From: Hemiscyllium ocellatum
Lineage: Eukaryota
Direction of reading: 5' to 3'
Assembly: GCF_020745735.1 (NCBI RefSeq)
Contig: NC_083444.1
Span: forward strand, 7,508,338-7,572,337
Length of the DNA: 64,000 bases
This document shows positions 59,903-64,000 of this stretch, piece after piece (position 1 is the first letter of the stretch; every line of letters starts with the position of its first letter). Under the pieces are notes generated by a model, which did not search any database, had not been told where the DNA came from, and worked only from the letters and a program-made list of their open reading frames with translations. The position numbers were made by a program, and so were the translations under genes.

Positions 59903-62900
59903 CCACCCTCACTATAATCCCCCCACCCTCACTCCCCACCCTCACTACAATCCCCCCACCCTCAGTACAATCCTCCTACCCACACTCCCCACCCTCAGTA
60001 CAATCTCCACCCTCCCACTCTCCACTCTCACTACCATCCCCACCTTCACTCCTCACCCTCACTACAATCCCCCCACCCTCACTCCCCACCCTCAGTATAA
60101 TTTCCACCCTCTCACTCTCCACCCTCAGTACAATTTCCCCACCCTCACTCCCCACCCTCACTACAAACCCCCACCCTCAGTACAATCTCCACCCTCTCAC
60201 TGCCCACCCTCACTACAATCCGCCCACTCTCACTCCCCACCCTCAGTACAATCCCCGCACCCTCACTACAATCCCCTCACCCTTACTCCCCACCCTCAGT
60301 ACAATCGCACCACCCTCACTCCCCACCCTTAGTACAATCTCCACCCTGTCTCTTCCCACCCTCAGTACAATCCCCTCGCCTCCACTCTCTACCCTCACTA
60401 CAATCTCCCCACCCTCACTCCCTACCCTCAGTACAATCCCCTCACCCTCAGTACAATCCCTGCATCCTCACTACAATCCCCTCACCATTACTCCCCACCC
60501 TCAGTACAATCCCCCCAGCCTCACTCCAATCTCCACCCTCTCACTCCCCACCCTCACTACAATCCCCCTACCCTCACTCCCCACCCTCAGTACAATCCCT
60601 CCACTCTCACTCCCCACCCTCAGTACAATCCCTCCACTCTCACTCCCCACCCTCAGTATAATCCCTGCACCCTCACTACAATCCCCTCACCATTACTCCC
60701 CACCGTCAGTACAATCCCCCCACCCTCAGTACAATCCCCTCACCTCCACTCTCCACCCTCAGTACAATCCCACCACCCTCACTCCCACCCTCACTACAAT
60801 CCCCTCATCCTCACTCCCCACCCTCAGTACAAACCCCTCACCTCTACTCTCCACCTTCAGTACAATCCCCTCACCCTCACTCCCCACCTTCAGTACAATC
60901 TCCACCCTCTCACTCTCTACCCTCACTACAATCCCACCACCCTCACTCCCCACCCTCGGTACAATTCCCTCAACCTCATTCCCCACCCTCACTACAATCC
61001 CCTCACCCCCACTCCCCACCCTCACTACAATCCCCACTGTGGGATATAGGTAAATTATAATTCTGCAATTATAATTACTCATGCAGGGTAAATGAACTCG
61101 CACCAGTGTATAATTGTTTCAACCAAGAGCTGAGGCAACAAGAATGGAAACTATGTGGAGGAAATACATAATTGTTTTTGTATTAGCTAAAATTGTATGC
61201 AGTATGAAACATGACTGCAAAACAATGGTAATGTTACAGACAAATAGATAAGGTGCTGTGAGGATGTAGGTGAAGCCAGATATGCTTGTACATCCGTAGT
61301 TAGAAGCATCTGTTTCCCACTTTTACAGAAATAGAGGAACAAACCCCAATTAGAAGGCCAGAAGGATCAGTGAGGTTGGGGAAAGCACAGATGGAGGGAA
61401 TAGATAATACCTAACAATGGGCCACAGTGGGATATGGTCAAATGGCCTTGTGAAGCCAGAAATAAGCACTTTGTCCCCACCCTCACTACAATCCCTCTCA
61501 CCCTCACTACGCACCCTCAGTACAATCCCCTCACTACAATCCTCTCACCCTCACTCCCCACCTTCACTACAAGCCCCTCAACCTCACTCCCCACCCTCAA
61601 TACAATCCCCTCACACTCACTCCCCACCCTCACTACAATTCCCTCACCCTCACTCCCCACCCTCACTCCCCACTCTCAGTACAATCCCCCTCACCTTCAC
61701 TCCCCACCCTCACTACAATTCCCTCACCCTCACTCCCCACCCTCACTACAATCCCCACCCTCACTCCCCACTCTCAGTAGAATCCCCCTCACCCCCACTC
61801 CTCACCCTCACTACAATCCCCACCCTCACTACAATCCCCTCACCCTCCCCACCTCAGTACAATCCCCAGCCCCCTCACTCCCACCCTCACTCCAATCGCT
61901 ACCCTCACTACAATCCCCTCACCCTCACTCCCCACCCTCAGTACAATCCCCTCCCTCACTGCATTCCCCTCACCCTCACTCCCCACCCTCACTACAATCT
62001 CCAGCCCCCTCACTCCCCACCCTCACTACAGTCTCCACCCCCACACTCCCCACCCTCACTACAATCCCCTCATGTTCACTCCACACCATCATTACAATCC
62101 CCTCACCCACACTACCCACCCTCACTCCAATCGCTACCCTCACTACAATCCCCTCAGCCTCACTCCCCACCCTCAGTACAATCCCCTCCCTCACTGCATT
62201 CCCCTCACCCTCACTCCCCACCCTCACTACAATCCCCAGCCCCCTCACTCCCCACTCTCACTACAATCTCCACCCCCACACTCCCCACCCTCTCTACAAT
62301 CCCCTCATGCTCACTCCACACCCTCACTACAATCCCTACATCCTCACTACAATCTCCATCCACTAACTCCCCACCCTCACTAGAATCCCCACCCCCGCAC
62401 TCCCCACCCTCACTACAATCCCCACCCTCACACTCCCCACCCTCATTACAGTCTCCACCCGCTCACTCACCACCCTCACTACCATCCCCTCACTCTCACT
62501 CCCCACCCTCACTATAATCCCCTCACCCTCACTTCCCAACCTCACTAAATTTTCCCACCCCCACACTCCTAACCCTCACTACAATCTCCACCCCTTCACT
62601 CCCCACCCTCACTACCATTTCCTCACTCTCACTCCCACCCTCACTACCATCCCCACCCCCTCACTCTCCTCTCTCACTATAATCCCCTCACCCTCACTCC
62701 CCACCCTCACTACAATCCCCACCCCCTCACTCCCCACACTCCCCACAATCCCCACCCCCTCACACCGCACCCTCACAATACCCACACCCTCACTCCTCAC
62801 CCTCGCTACAAACTCCACCCCCACACTCCCCACCCTCTCTACAATCCCCTCATGCTCACTCCACACCCTCACTAAAATCCCTACATCCTCACTACAATCC

Positions 62901-63712
62901 CCACCTCCACACTCCCCACCCTCACTACAATCCCCATCTCCACACTCCCCACACTCATTACAGTCTCCACCCCCTCACTCTCCACCCTCACTACAATCTC
63001 CAACCCCTCACTCCCCACCCTCACTACCATCCCCTCACTCTCACTCCCCACCCTCACTATAATCCCCTCACCCCCACTTCTCACCCTCACTAAATTTCCC
63101 CACCCCCACACTCCCCACCCTCACTACAATCTCCACCCCTTCACTCCCCACCCTCACTACCATTTCCTCACTCTCACTCCCACCCTCACTACCATCCCCA
63201 CCCCCTCACCCTCACTCCAATCCCCACCCACTCACTCCCCACACTCACTACAATCTCCACAGCCTCACTCCCCGCCCTCACAATATCCACACCCTCACTT
63301 CCCACCCTCACTACAATCCCCTCACGCTCACTCCCCACCCTCACGACAATCTCTACCCCCTCACTCCCCACCCTCACTACAATCCCCTCACCCTCACTCC
63401 CCACCCTCACTAAAATCCCCACCCCATCAGTCCCCACCCTCACCACAATCCACATCCCCCGCACTCCCCACCCTCGCTACAAACTCCACCCCCACACTCC
63501 CCACCCTCACGACAATCTTCACCCACTTACTCCCCACCCTCATTGCAATCCCCTCACCCTCACTCCCCACTCTCACAACAATACCCACACCCTCACTCCC
63601 CACCCTCACTACAATCCCCTCCCCCTCTCTCCCCACCCTCACTCCAATCCCCTCCCCCTCACACCCCACCCTCACTCCAATCCCCCTTCTCACTCACTCT
63701 CCACCCTCACTA
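59903..63712. repeat. C/A-rich degenerate minisatellite in two blocks (59903-61038, 61474-63712)
   Basis: Sub-units CCCTCACTCCCCA and CCCTCACTACAATCC, almost no G on the plus strand; interrupted by an AT-rich island of about 430 bp. Confidence 0.9.
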
Positions 63713-63867
63713 GTTGAAAAGGAGTTACAAGGATGTTGCAAGCGTTGGAGGATTGCAGCAATAGTGAGAGGCTGAATAAACTGAGGCTGATTTCCCTGGA
63801 GCGTTGGAGGCTGAGGGGTGATCTTATTGAGGTTTATAAAATCAGGAGGGGCATGGATAGGGTGAAT

Positions 63868-64000
63868 AGCATCCAAGGAGCAGGAGAGTCGATGTTTTGG
63901 GCAAAAGCCCTTCATCATGAATGAAGCTCATTCCTGGTGAAGAGTTTATGCCCGGAAAGTCCATTCTCCTGCTGCCTGACCTGCTGTACTTTTCCAGCAC
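63868..64000. mobile_element. Fold-back (head-to-head) Penelope-like terminal repeats
   Basis: Two opposed, decayed hammerhead-type halves centred on GAATGA-AGC-TCATTC at 63919-63933. Confidence 0.65.

Noticed and set aside
59836-62517. Mucin-like PTS-rich ORFs, and KIRHKVLHPHYNP resembling a trypsin-family HPxYN motif
   Set aside because: These are products of the C/A-rich satellite. No catalytic-triad motifs or other protease exons are present.

Overview
Repeat-rich vertebrate genomic DNA, almost certainly from a cartilaginous fish (shark-type HE1/V-SINEs with (AATCT)n tails, CR1/L2 LINEs, GIY-YIG Penelope-like elements), with four N-gaps. One protein-coding gene can be assembled. On the minus strand, three exons joined by GT-AG phase-1 introns (29243-29180 signal peptide, 21559-21191 Ig V-set domain, 18001-17931 hydrophobic tail) give an intact 167-aa protein. 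It has a single B7/butyrophilin/MOG-type V domain and a textbook GPI-anchor signal. The gene also has candidate alternative 5' exons and a candidate downstream terminal exon. The rest is mostly retroelement debris plus large minisatellites. Several arrays trace to specific retroelement segments: an 8-kb 33-bp array and a 1-kb 40-bp array from Penelope-like elements, and two 53-bp arrays from the SINE. The 33-bp array carries four copies of a 54-bp hairpin enclosing a hammerhead-ribozyme-like core. An apparently intact minimal hammerhead lies in sense orientation inside an intron of the Ig gene. Nearly all long ORFs in the ORF track are repeat artefacts. Gene model coordinates were checked base by base; repeat boundaries are approximate.
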